Assembly (NCBI GenBank): GCA_964502885.1
Contig: CAZCXU010000001.1
Span: 93,352-157,351 of the forward strand
Origin: an uncultured Gammaproteobacteria bacterium
GTDB taxonomy: Bacteria; Patescibacteriota; Microgenomatia; CAZETR01; Amesbacteraceae
DNA length: 64,000 nucleotides
Direction of reading: 5' to 3'
In this document: piece after piece, positions 41,393 to 50,224 of the stretch
Numbering within the stretch: the first letter of the stretch is position 1
Layout of the letters: each line of letters begins with the position of its first letter
Position numbers and translations under genes: made by a program
The notes under the pieces: model-generated
Database searches by the model: none
The model's input: the letters and a program-made list of their open reading frames with translations, nothing else
Told to the model about the DNA's origin: nothing

Positions 41393-42560
41393 CGGGTTGG
41401 GTGACAAAAGCCTTGAGGAATGCCAGGGCGAATGGATCTGGCTCCTGAGGGATTGCTCCTTCTGGCAATTGCGGAACAGTGCTTGGTGGTAGCTCGGGAC
41501 GGGGTATGGGGGCTGTCAGTTCCGGAGTGGGGGTAGTGGGGGGTGGTCCGAGCTCGGATGAATTTGATTGAGCAGTTGTAGTGGGGTTGTTTTCGGACTT
41601 GGGATTGTCTGTGGTTGTTGTGGTGGTGGGTTTGGCTTCAGCAGCTGGCGTAGCGGGGGAAGATGCTTCGGATGGTAGAGCCGGAATGTTTGGGATGGTG
41701 ACTTTTAGCCCCAAATCTTCGATGGCTTTCTGGATGCTTTTTGCCCGAAGAATAGTACCAGCTATTTGGGCATATTCTGCACCATTTTGCATTGAGGAAG
41801 CTGAACCTGAGAAGTCTCCTGCAGCGGCGCGGCCTATTGAAGAGATAATTCCAAGTAAAGCAATGAGTAAGAGCATGAGGGCGTAGGCCTCGGCGGATTT
41901 GTAATTTGATTCTGGATCCTTGTTTTTTATGATGTCAGTAAGTGCGCGTACAACCTGATTTTCAGGGGCGGTGCTGTTTTCGGTGATGATGATCACTTGC
42001 TCGGCTACTGCAGGGAGTGCGGCAGCTGCTAATTGGTCCGGGGTGGTTGCTGGGTTATGGTAAATCTCGGTGAGTGAAGAGAGACCGGCGGTAACCGCAT
42101 TGTCCATCTGTGCTTCCGGTATGATGTTAACCACCGACTGGGCCGCAGAATACTCCGCAGGTTTTGGTTTTTTGGCGAGAGAATCATAAGCATTGTTGAT
42201 GATTTTCATGGCCTCTAAAGCTGCTGGGTCGTTATTTGTGTCCGGATGCCAGCGGCGGGCAGCATCGAAAAAGGCTGAGCGTATCTGATCCGTGGTGGCA
42301 TTTTTTGGAAGACCAAGAATCTCATACGGATCTTGGCCATTCAGGTTTATTTCTGGCTTATTGGGTTTTTGAGCTTGTTCCTGGTTGGCGCGAGGTTGAG
42401 ATTCCGGAGTTGGTGCACGTTGTTCTTTTGGTGTAGTTGGATTTTGATTAATAGTGGAAGATTCGATAGGAGGGGTAAGATTTGAAATAGGGGGGGCTTC
42501 AGTGCCGCTGGCAATTTTATTGAGGACATCGGCAATGGCAGGAGGGGGAAACTCACTCAT
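41358..42560 (-). CDS. J-domain (DnaJ-like) protein with a TM segment and P/T-rich tail
   Basis: The J domain is DPYEILGLPKNATTDQIRSAFFDAARRWHPDTNNDPAALEAMKIINNAYDSL, with the HPD motif. A hydrophobic helix (AYALMLLLIALLGIISSIG) follows. There is no zinc-finger or DnaJ C-terminal domain. Confidence 0.75.
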   Translation of the reverse strand: MSEFPPPAIADVLNKIASGTEAPPISNLTPPIESSTINQNPTTPKEQRAPTPESQPRANQEQAQKPNKPEINLNGQDPYEILGLPKNATTDQIRSAFFDAARRWHPDTNNDPAALEAMKIINNAYDSLAKKPKPAEYSAAQSVVNIIPEAQMDNAVTAGLSSLTEIYHNPATTPDQLAAAALPAVAEQVIIITENSTAPENQVVRALTDIIKNKDPESNYKSAEAYALMLLLIALLGIISSIGRAAAGDFSGSASSMQNGAEYAQIAGTILRAKSIQKAIEDLGLKVTIPNIPALPSEASSPATPAAEAKPTTTTTTDNPKSENNPTTTAQSNSSELGPPPTTPTPELTAPIPRPELPPSTVPQLPEGAIPQEPDPFALAFLKAFVTQPVNAPVQVPKSV

Positions 42561-42624
42561 TTATTGATACTAAGTCTAGCATTATTTGGTTTTTGGGGCA
42601 TGATCTGAGAAAATGTGTGGGCTT

Positions 42625-42709
42625 GGAGGATATCCCGAACGGCTGAGGGAATGGTTTGCTAAACCATGAAGGCGCAAGTCTTCGGTGGGTTCGACTCCCA
42701 CATCCTCCG
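42625..42709 (+). tRNA. tRNA-Ser (anticodon GCU)
   Basis: The cloverleaf has acceptor GGAGGAT/ATCCTCC, anticodon stem ATGGT/ACCAT with loop TTGCTAA, a long variable arm GAAGGCGCAAGTCTTC, and T-arm GTGGG-TTCGACT-CCCAC. The discriminator is G and CCA is not encoded. Confidence 0.9.
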
Positions 42710-42712
42710 CAA

Positions 42713-42928
42713 ATGAGATTATTAAATAAGAAATCATTATTACTAATATTGCTGGGTGGGATTTTTTACTTGTCATTTTATGTGTTTGGTTTGCTACATC
42801 GTATTGGGTTTCCTATTACACATCCCATTTATGCAGATTGTATTGGACACAAAAGGGTGTTTGAAGATTCAAGGGGTATAAGAAGAGTCGCGTGCTATGG
42901 ATTTATATACAACATCTGGCTTGAGTAA
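42713..42928 (+). CDS. Possible 71-aa single-TM protein
   Basis: The ATG at 42713 lies 4 nt after the tRNA. The product is MRLLNKKSLLLILLGGIFYLSFYVFGLLHRIGF... Nothing supports it beyond the ORF and its TM character. Confidence 0.25.
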   Translation: MRLLNKKSLLLILLGGIFYLSFYVFGLLHRIGFPITHPIYADCIGHKRVFEDSRGIRRVACYGFIYNIWLE

Positions 42929-42974
42929 AGGGTTTTTTAGTTGTATTACAATTTGTTGTTTTTGGGGATGTGGG

Positions 42975-43035
42975 CGGAAGGGGCGAATATTGAACTTCGT
43001 TCAAGAATCTCGCAAGACAGCGGAAGGGGCGAGAT
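42975..43035 (-). repeat. Two partial echoes of the 3' end of tRNA-Ser(UGA)
   Basis: CGGAAGGGGCGAGAT at 43021..43035 is identical to the 15 nt at the tRNA 3' end (43096..43110). CGGAAGGGGCGA at 42975..42986 is a 12-nt copy followed by a degenerate T-arm-like hairpin (TTGAAC-TTC-GTTCAA). Confidence 0.8.
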
Positions 43036-43095
43036 GGTGTGCGGTGCTTCGCATCCTCCGTTATCTCGCACTCTTTCTTCGCAGCGGAGCTGCTG

Positions 43096-43182
43096 CGGAA
43101 GGGGCGAGATTCGAACTCGCGAGGGTGTTGCCACCCTAGAGGTTTTCAAGACCTCCGCACTCGACCACTATGCGACCCTTCC
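43096..43182 (-). tRNA. tRNA-Ser (anticodon UGA)
   Basis: The minus strand reads GGAAGGGTCGCATAGTGGTCGAGTGCGGAGGTCTTGAAAACCTCTAGGGTGGCAACACCCTCGCGAGTTCGAATCTCGCCCCTTCCG. The anticodon loop is CTTGAAA, the variable arm is long, and CCA is not encoded. Confidence 0.9.
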
Positions 43183-43216
43183 TAGTGCAAATTAGCCTCC
43201 AAAATTATACCATTCA

Positions 43217-43741
43217 GTGTGCTATATTAGATTTATGGTTGAGGAAAATGTTGTGGAGCAGGAAAAAGTTTTGTTGACTTGGGAGGCAGAGAGTCGACCC
43301 TACAATCCAATTGATGAACAGACGAGGCCGGTAGTGCTCGTGTTGGCGGTGCTAGTAGGAATAGTGCTGCTTTTCACCGGCGAGACTATGATAATGATAG
43401 TGTTGGGATCATTAGCTTTTTTGTATGTGGTCTGGAATAAAAACCCGCCGGAAAAGATGGAGTTTACGATTACAAATAAGGGAATAAGAGCTTTTGATAG
43501 GGTGTATATGTGGTGGGAATTCGGGAGGTGGTGGATTGAAGAGAAGCAGAGCGGCAAAGTTCTGATATTGGAGATGATTTCCGGGTTAGTGGGTAGATTG
43601 TACTTGCCTTTGGAGGAGAGAAAGTCTGAAGATGTTAAAAAAGTAATGTCGAAGTATCTGGTATTTGATCAGCCACAAGATACGGCTGCTGACAAACTAG
43701 CAAGGTGGGTGGGGGAGAAGTTTCCTTTGAGAAATAGTTAG
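43217..43741 (+). CDS. Hypothetical two-TM membrane protein
   Basis: 174-aa ORF (alternative start MVEENVV at 43235). The hydrophobic hairpin is PVVLVLAVLVGIVLLFTGETMIMIVLGSLAFLYVVW. Confidence 0.5.
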   Translation: MCYIRFMVEENVVEQEKVLLTWEAESRPYNPIDEQTRPVVLVLAVLVGIVLLFTGETMIMIVLGSLAFLYVVWNKNPPEKMEFTITNKGIRAFDRVYMWWEFGRWWIEEKQSGKVLILEMISGLVGRLYLPLEERKSEDVKKVMSKYLVFDQPQDTAADKLARWVGEKFPLRNS

Positions 43742-43797
43742 TGATCCTAAGTGACAAGGTGGAAGAGGTAGCGCTGATTGTGGGTGTGGGGGTTGTG

Positions 43798-46476
43798 TCA
43801 ATTGACAACAGATGACACATCAACGACGTAAAAGCCTTTCTCGTTTGGTTCAATATTGCCATATAAGGTAATGGGTTGTCCGGAACCATTATTTTTAGTG
43901 GCGGTAATTTTTACTCCAGAGGTTGTTTTTTCTGCTAATAGGTTGTAATTTCTGTCGCCGTTTTTAGAATAGCTGACATATATACTTGATTTGGTCTTGG
44001 TGTTGAAAAAAACGTAAGCATACATTTTGGACACTGCGGGGTTGGAATCGCCAATGATCAGTATTTCTCCTTCTTTCAAAAAGACCGGATAATCCAAACT
44101 TCCCGAGGAGGATGCAATTGGAACATATTGATAGCTTCTATCTCCTTCAAGATATTTGACACCCTTTGTACGGGGGTTGGAGATCAACGGAAGCCAGTTT
44201 CCTTCAGGAAAGTAGACATTCAGACTGTCTGCGTTTTTAACGAATACCGGCCTGACTAACAAAGCCTTGCCAAACATATATTCATTTTTGGGCTGGGAGG
44301 GACTTGTCATTTCACTGTACTGAGCATTAGCTTTGGGATCGTTTGGATAATCAAACACGAGAGGTCTCATTAAGTGAGAGGTTTTCTCTTCGTAGCCCAG
44401 AGAAGCGTAATCAAATGCATAACGTTGGAGGCGCTGTCTCATTTGCATATTCCAAATAACGATATTTTGTAAGTGTGTATCCGGACCAGTGTCGTTTGAC
44501 AGACTGCCAGTTCTAAGCCGCCAGTAGCCAGGGGAAAACATGGTGACGGGAAACCAGGTTGCCAGTTGGTGTTGTCTGACAAAATGGACTTTTTCGTTTT
44601 CGTCATAGTAGTTTGATATCTGGCCGTTGTCATACTTTCCGACAATACCCCAATTTGTTTGCAGGGGAATACCTGATAGGACAGTGTTGATTGCCATGTC
44701 TGTGCAGTACTTGAATTTATAGATATTGGTACTGACGGACGAATAATTCGGATCTGGATAGTGAGGGGCCCAATAGTCTGTCGAGGTGCAAAGATTGTAA
44801 AATGCATCAGTCTGCGAGAACCAGTTGTTTGGAGTAAAGATTAAAAAGTTTGAACCGTATTGTTGATAATAAGTTTCGAATGGGAGTTTGAAAGCGTCAT
44901 CCCTGTCGTTTTTCAGCTTGCTCCTATCAAATATTGGAGTAGGAGTCGGGGTCGGTTTTGCTGAGAGGTGGGCGATATATCCTTTGTTGTCTGAAACGCG
45001 CATATCATCGTATTTAAATCCGCCAAACGTTTTGTTTGGATCTGTCGATCCGTATGCGCTTTTTAGCAGGGACGTCCATTTTGTTACCACGTCCACATCA
45101 AATACGTTTAATTGATAGTGGTATTTTTGCTTGGTCGTCTGGTTGTAGGTGAAGGTATCACCGTTATAGTAAACAGCTGGAGTTTGAGGAGAGTTCGAAA
45201 CGGTCAACAGAGTCTTGTCTATGGGCATACCGAATTTTGAGGAAACCACGGAAATGTTTGAGTTGTTTATGTCTCCCGGTTGTATCTGCGGTCTCATCCC
45301 CAGAATTGGGATTATCCCTTTGCTTCGAATTTTTGAGAATACATCAGCCAGTCCTGATGGGAATCTGGTTGTATTTTGAGCAAAGGCATCTGTTGCGGCT
45401 GTAAGCATTCTTTCGTCTCCACCGAGCCTGCAACCCACTGAAGCGCTATCGCTAATTCCTTTCCACCACCCTGATCCCAAAGTAAGAGTTGAGAGCTTAA
45501 TATTTTTCGAAGAGTAAAGGTTGACTATGCTGTTGCTGGCGTCGATAACAGTGGAGGCTGTTGGAGCGCATCCAAGTTCCTGGAACGTTTCCCAATTGTT
45601 GCCAAACGTCGCGTACTTCGGTTTTACGTTTAAAAAATTATTTCTGTCTAGATAGGCGAAGTATTTTGAGTAGGCATCCGCAAAAGAGGTCCCCTTTATG
45701 ATTACCAGTGGAGCAGATGACCCCTCCGGATAGAGGTGGTGTTTTTTAAATACTAAGCAAGTTTTGCCTTGTGGGCAATTAAACGCCTCACTGGGATTTT
45801 TGTTTACATTGCGTGTCAGCCTTAACATTTTCACTTCTGGTTGGACGTAAAAGATTATGAGAGACGCACTTGGGATGCTAATAATAGGTGTTCGCCCCCT
45901 GATAGCGTCGCCGTTCCATAGTTCCATTGTTTGGGATTGATTGTTGGAAAGACGGTTGGTTATTTCGTGTCCAAAGCCAAAGTTGGTATCAAGGAAGTCG
46001 TCTAGCTCGGCTTTATTTGATTTGAAAGGTGTTACGCCAAGACCAAATATTTTTGCAGTTGTGCCGCTAATGTGGATTTCGTATCTATCCACTTCACATC
46101 CTGTGGAGCCTAACACACAACTGGAGGAGCCGTTTCTGACGATAAAGCTATTGTTTGCTCCCTTTTCTATTGTGGCGGGGGCTTTTAACTCATAGACGCC
46201 GTTATCGATTTTATTAACAATTGTGTTGGGGGGAGGAGTAATGACCGTTTGGGTGTCGAGTTGGGCCTGGTAAATGGTGGAATTACCGGTTATGGCCGCT
46301 TTGGTTTGGGAGTTTGTTTGGTTTTTTATTGAGACAATTGTCGCAACAAATAAAGCACAGAGACCAACCAGCGATACCAGTGAAGCGAACAGAAACTTTT
46401 TCCTGGTTTGTTTGGGGGGAGTTGAGATTGGTTGTGTTTCCTGAAATATTTCTGGTGGGTTTTCGCTTTGATCCAT
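43798..46476 (-). CDS. Glycoside hydrolase family 31-like protein, membrane-anchored
   Basis: Has an N-terminal TM (FLFASLVSLVGLCALFVATIVSI). The C-terminal region RQRLQRYAFDYASLGYEEKTSHLMRPLVFDYPNDPKA...EYMFGKALLVRPVFVKNADSLNVYFPEGNWLPL follows the GH31 pattern (R..L.PY.Y......G.P..RPL...yP.D.....qymlG..lLV.PV.......vYlP.G.W). FGGFKYDDMRV is a catalytic-region candidate. Confidence 0.7.
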   Translation of the reverse strand: MDQSENPPEIFQETQPISTPPKQTRKKFLFASLVSLVGLCALFVATIVSIKNQTNSQTKAAITGNSTIYQAQLDTQTVITPPPNTIVNKIDNGVYELKAPATIEKGANNSFIVRNGSSSCVLGSTGCEVDRYEIHISGTTAKIFGLGVTPFKSNKAELDDFLDTNFGFGHEITNRLSNNQSQTMELWNGDAIRGRTPIISIPSASLIIFYVQPEVKMLRLTRNVNKNPSEAFNCPQGKTCLVFKKHHLYPEGSSAPLVIIKGTSFADAYSKYFAYLDRNNFLNVKPKYATFGNNWETFQELGCAPTASTVIDASNSIVNLYSSKNIKLSTLTLGSGWWKGISDSASVGCRLGGDERMLTAATDAFAQNTTRFPSGLADVFSKIRSKGIIPILGMRPQIQPGDINNSNISVVSSKFGMPIDKTLLTVSNSPQTPAVYYNGDTFTYNQTTKQKYHYQLNVFDVDVVTKWTSLLKSAYGSTDPNKTFGGFKYDDMRVSDNKGYIAHLSAKPTPTPTPIFDRSKLKNDRDDAFKLPFETYYQQYGSNFLIFTPNNWFSQTDAFYNLCTSTDYWAPHYPDPNYSSVSTNIYKFKYCTDMAINTVLSGIPLQTNWGIVGKYDNGQISNYYDENEKVHFVRQHQLATWFPVTMFSPGYWRLRTGSLSNDTGPDTHLQNIVIWNMQMRQRLQRYAFDYASLGYEEKTSHLMRPLVFDYPNDPKANAQYSEMTSPSQPKNEYMFGKALLVRPVFVKNADSLNVYFPEGNWLPLISNPRTKGVKYLEGDRSYQYVPIASSSGSLDYPVFLKEGEILIIGDSNPAVSKMYAYVFFNTKTKSSIYVSYSKNGDRNYNLLAEKTTSGVKITATKNNGSGQPITLYGNIEPNEKGFYVVDVSSVVN

Positions 46477-46587
46477 TTCTTACTTCGGTAAGCTTAGGCG
46501 TTGTTAATTTATATGTCAACCTTCCGCATTATTTGGACAGTAGAGAGTGGCGTATACAATTTGTATTCTAGTTTTGGAGATTGTTTG

Positions 46588-46659
46588 TGCCCTCAGTAGG
46601 AATTGAACCTACATCAACAGTTCCGGAAACTGCTACTCTATCCGTTGAGCTATGAGGGC
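46588..46659 (-). tRNA. tRNA-Arg (anticodon CCG)
   Basis: The minus strand reads GCCCTCATAGCTCAACGGATAGAGTAGCAGTTTCCGGAACTGTTGATGTAGGTTCAATTCCTACTGAGGGCA. The anticodon loop is TTCCGGA. Confidence 0.9.
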
Positions 46660-46686
46660 CTTTTTGACGGATTACGTTTGATTTTA

Positions 46687-47886
46687 TCAGCATAATCTAT
46701 CGTAAATCTCTTCGAGAGCATCTGTCATGGAGTCAGTGGTATATTTCTGAGCGTCTTTTGCTGCCTGTTGGCCGATGCGTCTTTGTAGTGAGGTGTCGGA
46801 CATGAGTTTTTCAAGAAGGCCGGCAAGGGCTTCGGGGTTTTGTGGATCAACCAGAAATCCGTTGTAGTTGTCTTTGATGTATTCTGTGGGACCTCCGGTG
46901 TTTGAAGAGATTACTACTTTTCCTGTGGCCATCGCTTCCAAATACATGAGGCCGAATGTCTCGTAGAGGGATGGAACACAAACAATGTCGCTGCCAGCGT
47001 AATATTCTGGCATATCGTCGGGATCAATCGTGTCAATAAAACTGACGTTGGATTTGACACCTGTTTTAGAGAGTTGCGTGTCCAGTGAACTTTTTGCGGC
47101 GGCAACCACTTCGTTTCCGTAGACTTCATTGAAAATACTCACAAACTGATAATTGGTGATACCCTTTGTTGCCAAATGTCCGAGGGCATCAAACACTAAT
47201 CGGAGGTTTTTTTGTTTGTTCAGGTTTCCCGTGGTGAGACTGAACAGGCGAGCAGGGCTAAACAGAATGGTTTGATCAGGCAGAGTACGAAATTTTTGCA
47301 TAACGGGTGAAGGAAGAGCCGATGAAAACTTTTTTACATCTATACCGTTATAAACTGTGGAGATCTTTTTCGCATTTGTGCCCAATTTCAACCATTCGTT
47401 TTTTACGAAATTACTGACACAAATCAAGTGATTCCAAGGGAGATCGCGGAGCGGTTTGGTGATTTCAGGATCTTTTAACTGGGCGTTGTGGGCGTGTTCG
47501 ACAATGGGGAGCGAAAACCCTAGTAGATGAGAGAAAATTGTGAGGATATTATCGACACCAATAGATTTGTCTGCAGAGCCGGATGGGTACGAGCCATTGT
47601 GAAAGTGAATCAGGTCCGGTTTAAGCTGGCTGATGATCTTTGAGAGATCGGCACAAGCAGTTGGCTTATCAATGGGATTTCGTGAGTCAATATATTTTCT
47701 ACGAAACACCCTAATGCCAAAAATGTATTTCTCGTTTTCTGCCGCATCGCTAAGGACGGAGGTAAGAACCGAAACATGATGTCCCCGTCTGACCAATTCT
47801 CTGGCTTGGTTAAGAAGAATGGTTTCAGCGCCTCCGACTTTTGGGTAGAACAACCAACCAACAAAAAGGATCCTTTTAGGATTCAT
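46687..47886 (-). CDS. Glycosyltransferase family 4 (GT-B fold)
   Basis: The N-terminus is FYPKVGGAETILLNQARELVRRGHHVSVLT. The C-terminal segment is VPSLYETFGLMYLEAMATGKVVISSNTGGPTEYI (EX7E-type motif). Confidence 0.85.
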   Translation of the reverse strand: MNPKRILFVGWLFYPKVGGAETILLNQARELVRRGHHVSVLTSVLSDAAENEKYIFGIRVFRRKYIDSRNPIDKPTACADLSKIISQLKPDLIHFHNGSYPSGSADKSIGVDNILTIFSHLLGFSLPIVEHAHNAQLKDPEITKPLRDLPWNHLICVSNFVKNEWLKLGTNAKKISTVYNGIDVKKFSSALPSPVMQKFRTLPDQTILFSPARLFSLTTGNLNKQKNLRLVFDALGHLATKGITNYQFVSIFNEVYGNEVVAAAKSSLDTQLSKTGVKSNVSFIDTIDPDDMPEYYAGSDIVCVPSLYETFGLMYLEAMATGKVVISSNTGGPTEYIKDNYNGFLVDPQNPEALAGLLEKLMSDTSLQRRIGQQAAKDAQKYTTDSMTDALEEIYDRLC

Positions 47887-48448
47887 AATGAAGATCGAGT
47901 TCTATTAAATCATTGTGAGAGAAATCCGGACGCGGCGAATTACCAATTTTTTCGGCTATCAAACGATTAAACATTGCATGACCCACCAATAAAACATTTT
48001 GATTTTTAATTTTTTTCAAAAATTCTTTGAGCTGGTTAATACGACTGATGAGCGTTTGAATATTTTCTCCGCCGGTGAAGCTCCAATCGTCAGAAATCAA
48101 TGATTGGGAGCGGGAATAGTCTTTGGGGAAGGAGTTGGCTGCCGCTGATGGGGTAAGGCCGCTAAGAACTCCAAAATCCACTTCGTTTAGCAAGGAAGTT
48201 TGTTCGATGGGAACACTTTTTTTGTATATTTTTTCCTGCTGGCGCTGAATGATTAATGCGGTGGCCAAACTCCTTTTTAATGTACTGCTGATTATTGTGT
48301 CGAGTTCGATAAACTCGGTAATTTTTTGGGCAAAAACTCTTAAACCCGCGATGCCGGTCGGATGTAATTCGGTATCTAACCTACTACCCGCAAAGACTCC
48401 GTTTAAATTGTGAGTAGATTTTCCATGACGGATCAGGAGAAATGACAT
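47876..48448 (-). CDS. Histidine phosphatase family protein (phosphoglycerate-mutase-like)
   Basis: I chose the start at ATG 48448 (MSFLLIRHGKSTHNLNGVFAG, RHG motif), which overlaps the upstream stop by 1 nt (TAATG). A later LVGHAMFNR segment supplies the second His. Confidence 0.8.
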   Translation of the reverse strand: MSFLLIRHGKSTHNLNGVFAGSRLDTELHPTGIAGLRVFAQKITEFIELDTIISSTLKRSLATALIIQRQQEKIYKKSVPIEQTSLLNEVDFGVLSGLTPSAAANSFPKDYSRSQSLISDDWSFTGGENIQTLISRINQLKEFLKKIKNQNVLLVGHAMFNRLIAEKIGNSPRPDFSHNDLIELDLHYES

Positions 48449-49806
48449 TATTCGATTATAGCCAGTAATTCTGCCAGTATTTGGATGGTTTTGTCGGCAG
48501 ATTCTCGAAGTTCCGGCACAGTTGGCCTGTACGCAATACTTAATCCACATCGGGAGAAAATGGGAAGAATTTTGTTGTTTCCTGCTACGAAAATGGTTTC
48601 TGACGCCTTTACTTTTTGTGACTTTATAGCGGTGTCGAAAGCGCTTAGGAAAGATTCCGTGAGATTTCTTTTTAACCACTTTTGCGACTTGCGGCTAATA
48701 GCTCCCGTAAATTTGCCTTGTTTTGTCTCCAATATGACACTGTTCACATAGTGGGCGCCAATCTGTTTGGCAACCGCTTCGGCAATGGGAGAAAAGTTTG
48801 AAGTGATTATGCCGATGCGATATTTGCGTTTGATAAGCGCTCTTGCCACTTCTCTGGCATAACGAATTAGTTGCAGGTCCCTGGTAAGTTCTCTGACTTT
48901 GGAAACCTCGATATCCCTGAACAGGAGCGCGTTTTTTTTCAAGTATTCATCACCAGAGATTTTTTCGGAAATATATAGCTCGTGGTTATTGACAATGTCG
49001 TTGTGAATACCTAACTTGATGAGAAGTTTGCTGAGTGATGGTAGTCTGAGTAGGGTGTTGTCGAGTGTGAAGATAACCAGCTTGTATTTGTGGCGAATGA
49101 GTCCGGCACGGGAAATCATAGTTTCCAAAACTTGTCGACTCATTTCCTTTACTGTCTCGGCTGAATTGGCACGATTTACCAGATGACCAATGTCTACTTC
49201 TACAATGCGTTGCCCGGACTCTATCGCGTCAAAAAGTAGGCCAATGTCAACCCCGTATCGATCTGAGAATTCAGCTGTTTGCAGAAAGCTCTTTTTTGCG
49301 CATATCTGACCACTGATGGGTTGATTGAAATAAATACTTGGAAAAAGTATTTCCATCATGGGTTTGACCGCAAACTCAGTGACCCGACCTCTTTTTCTGC
49401 TAAATGATCCCCGTGACATATCAACTTCGTCTTTGAGAACAGGTTCGACGATTTTGTAGATTTTTTGACTGGTGATGTTGCCAAGATCTGCGTCCAGAAA
49501 AAGAACGACTTCATTTTTTGCTCTTTTTACACCAGCCAGCAAAGCTTTCCCTTTGCCGCGATTTTTTTCCAGTCTGTGGTAGATAAATCTGGGATCGGTC
49601 TGAAACTGCTTTACTGAATTTATTGTATCGTCGGTACTGCCGTCATCAACAAAGATAAGTTCGTCCAGGTAGGGAACTTTTAACAATTCATTGAGAACAT
49701 GGATGAACAGGGGGTTTTCGTTATAGGATGGGACTACCGCAGTAAATTTTGTGTAGATGAGCTGGCTGTCTGTGGTATTTTCTGGTTGGAGCGCTTCATT
49801 TGACAT
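48448..49806 (-). CDS. Fusion: glucosyl/mannosyl-3-phosphoglycerate synthase-like glycosyltransferase (GT81/GT2-like) + HAD-like domain
   Basis: The N-terminal half has VVPSYNENP...FVDDGSTDDT...FLDADL and RGRVTEFAVKPMMEILFPSIYFNQPISGQICAKKSFL...DRYGVDIGLLFDAIESG. These follow the GpgS/MpgS pattern (GGRVTEL..RPLL...P.L...QPL.GE.A..R......YGVE..LL.D). The C-terminal half is HAD-like (KLVIFTLDNTLLRL...GIITSNFSP...FVAGNNKILPIF). Confidence 0.7.
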   Translation of the reverse strand: MSNEALQPENTTDSQLIYTKFTAVVPSYNENPLFIHVLNELLKVPYLDELIFVDDGSTDDTINSVKQFQTDPRFIYHRLEKNRGKGKALLAGVKRAKNEVVLFLDADLGNITSQKIYKIVEPVLKDEVDMSRGSFSRKRGRVTEFAVKPMMEILFPSIYFNQPISGQICAKKSFLQTAEFSDRYGVDIGLLFDAIESGQRIVEVDIGHLVNRANSAETVKEMSRQVLETMISRAGLIRHKYKLVIFTLDNTLLRLPSLSKLLIKLGIHNDIVNNHELYISEKISGDEYLKKNALLFRDIEVSKVRELTRDLQLIRYAREVARALIKRKYRIGIITSNFSPIAEAVAKQIGAHYVNSVILETKQGKFTGAISRKSQKWLKRNLTESFLSAFDTAIKSQKVKASETIFVAGNNKILPIFSRCGLSIAYRPTVPELRESADKTIQILAELLAIIE

Positions 49807-49949
49807 TGTGGCTAATTATAACAGTGATTTAATTGCATCACTTTTATGGAGTGATGACTAAATGTCTTTTGCTCTATGGGGTGTCCAAGTGCGAAGAATT
49901 TATGATTCTTCAAGTTTTGCGAATGAAGGTTTGTGCTGTGCGGGTACTG

Positions 49950-50037
49950 CGGAGAGGGTGGGATTTGAACCCACGAGGAGGTTTTGCCCCCTACAGCTTT
50001 TCGAGAGCTGCGCCTTCGACCACTCGGCCACCTCTCC
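49950..50037 (-). tRNA. tRNA-Ser (anticodon CGA)
   Basis: The minus strand reads GGAGAGGTGGCCGAGTGGTCGAAGGCGCAGCTCTCGAAAAGCTGTAGGGGGCAAAACCTCCTCGTGGGTTCAAATCCCACCCTCTCCG. The anticodon loop is CTCGAAA and the variable arm is long. Confidence 0.9.
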
Positions 50038-50096
50038 TGACGTATTGTTCCTTCGACTCCGCTCAGGACTGCGACTTTTTGACTAATCAAAAGTCT

Positions 50097-50171
50097 TGGT
50101 GCACCCGACAGGAATCGAACCTGTATCAACAGTTCCGCAAACTGTCACTCTATCCGTTGAGCTACGGGTGC
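50097..50171 (-). tRNA. tRNA-Arg (anticodon GCG), CCA encoded
   Basis: The minus strand reads GCACCCGTAGCTCAACGGATAGAGTGACAGTTTGCGGAACTGTTGATACAGGTTCGATTCCTGTCGGGTGCACCA. The anticodon stem is ACAGT/ACTGT and the loop is TTGCGGA. Confidence 0.88.
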
Positions 50172-50224
50172 AGATTTTGTAACGTAGAGTGAATTTTATC
50201 ATTTCCATAAGTTAAAATTGGCAG

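Noticed and set aside
49812-50192. ORFs 49812..50129 (-), 49833..50192 (+) and 49862..50086 (+)
   Set aside because: They overlap the tRNA-Ser(CGA) and tRNA-Arg(GCG) genes. The region is explained by the tRNAs and hairpins.
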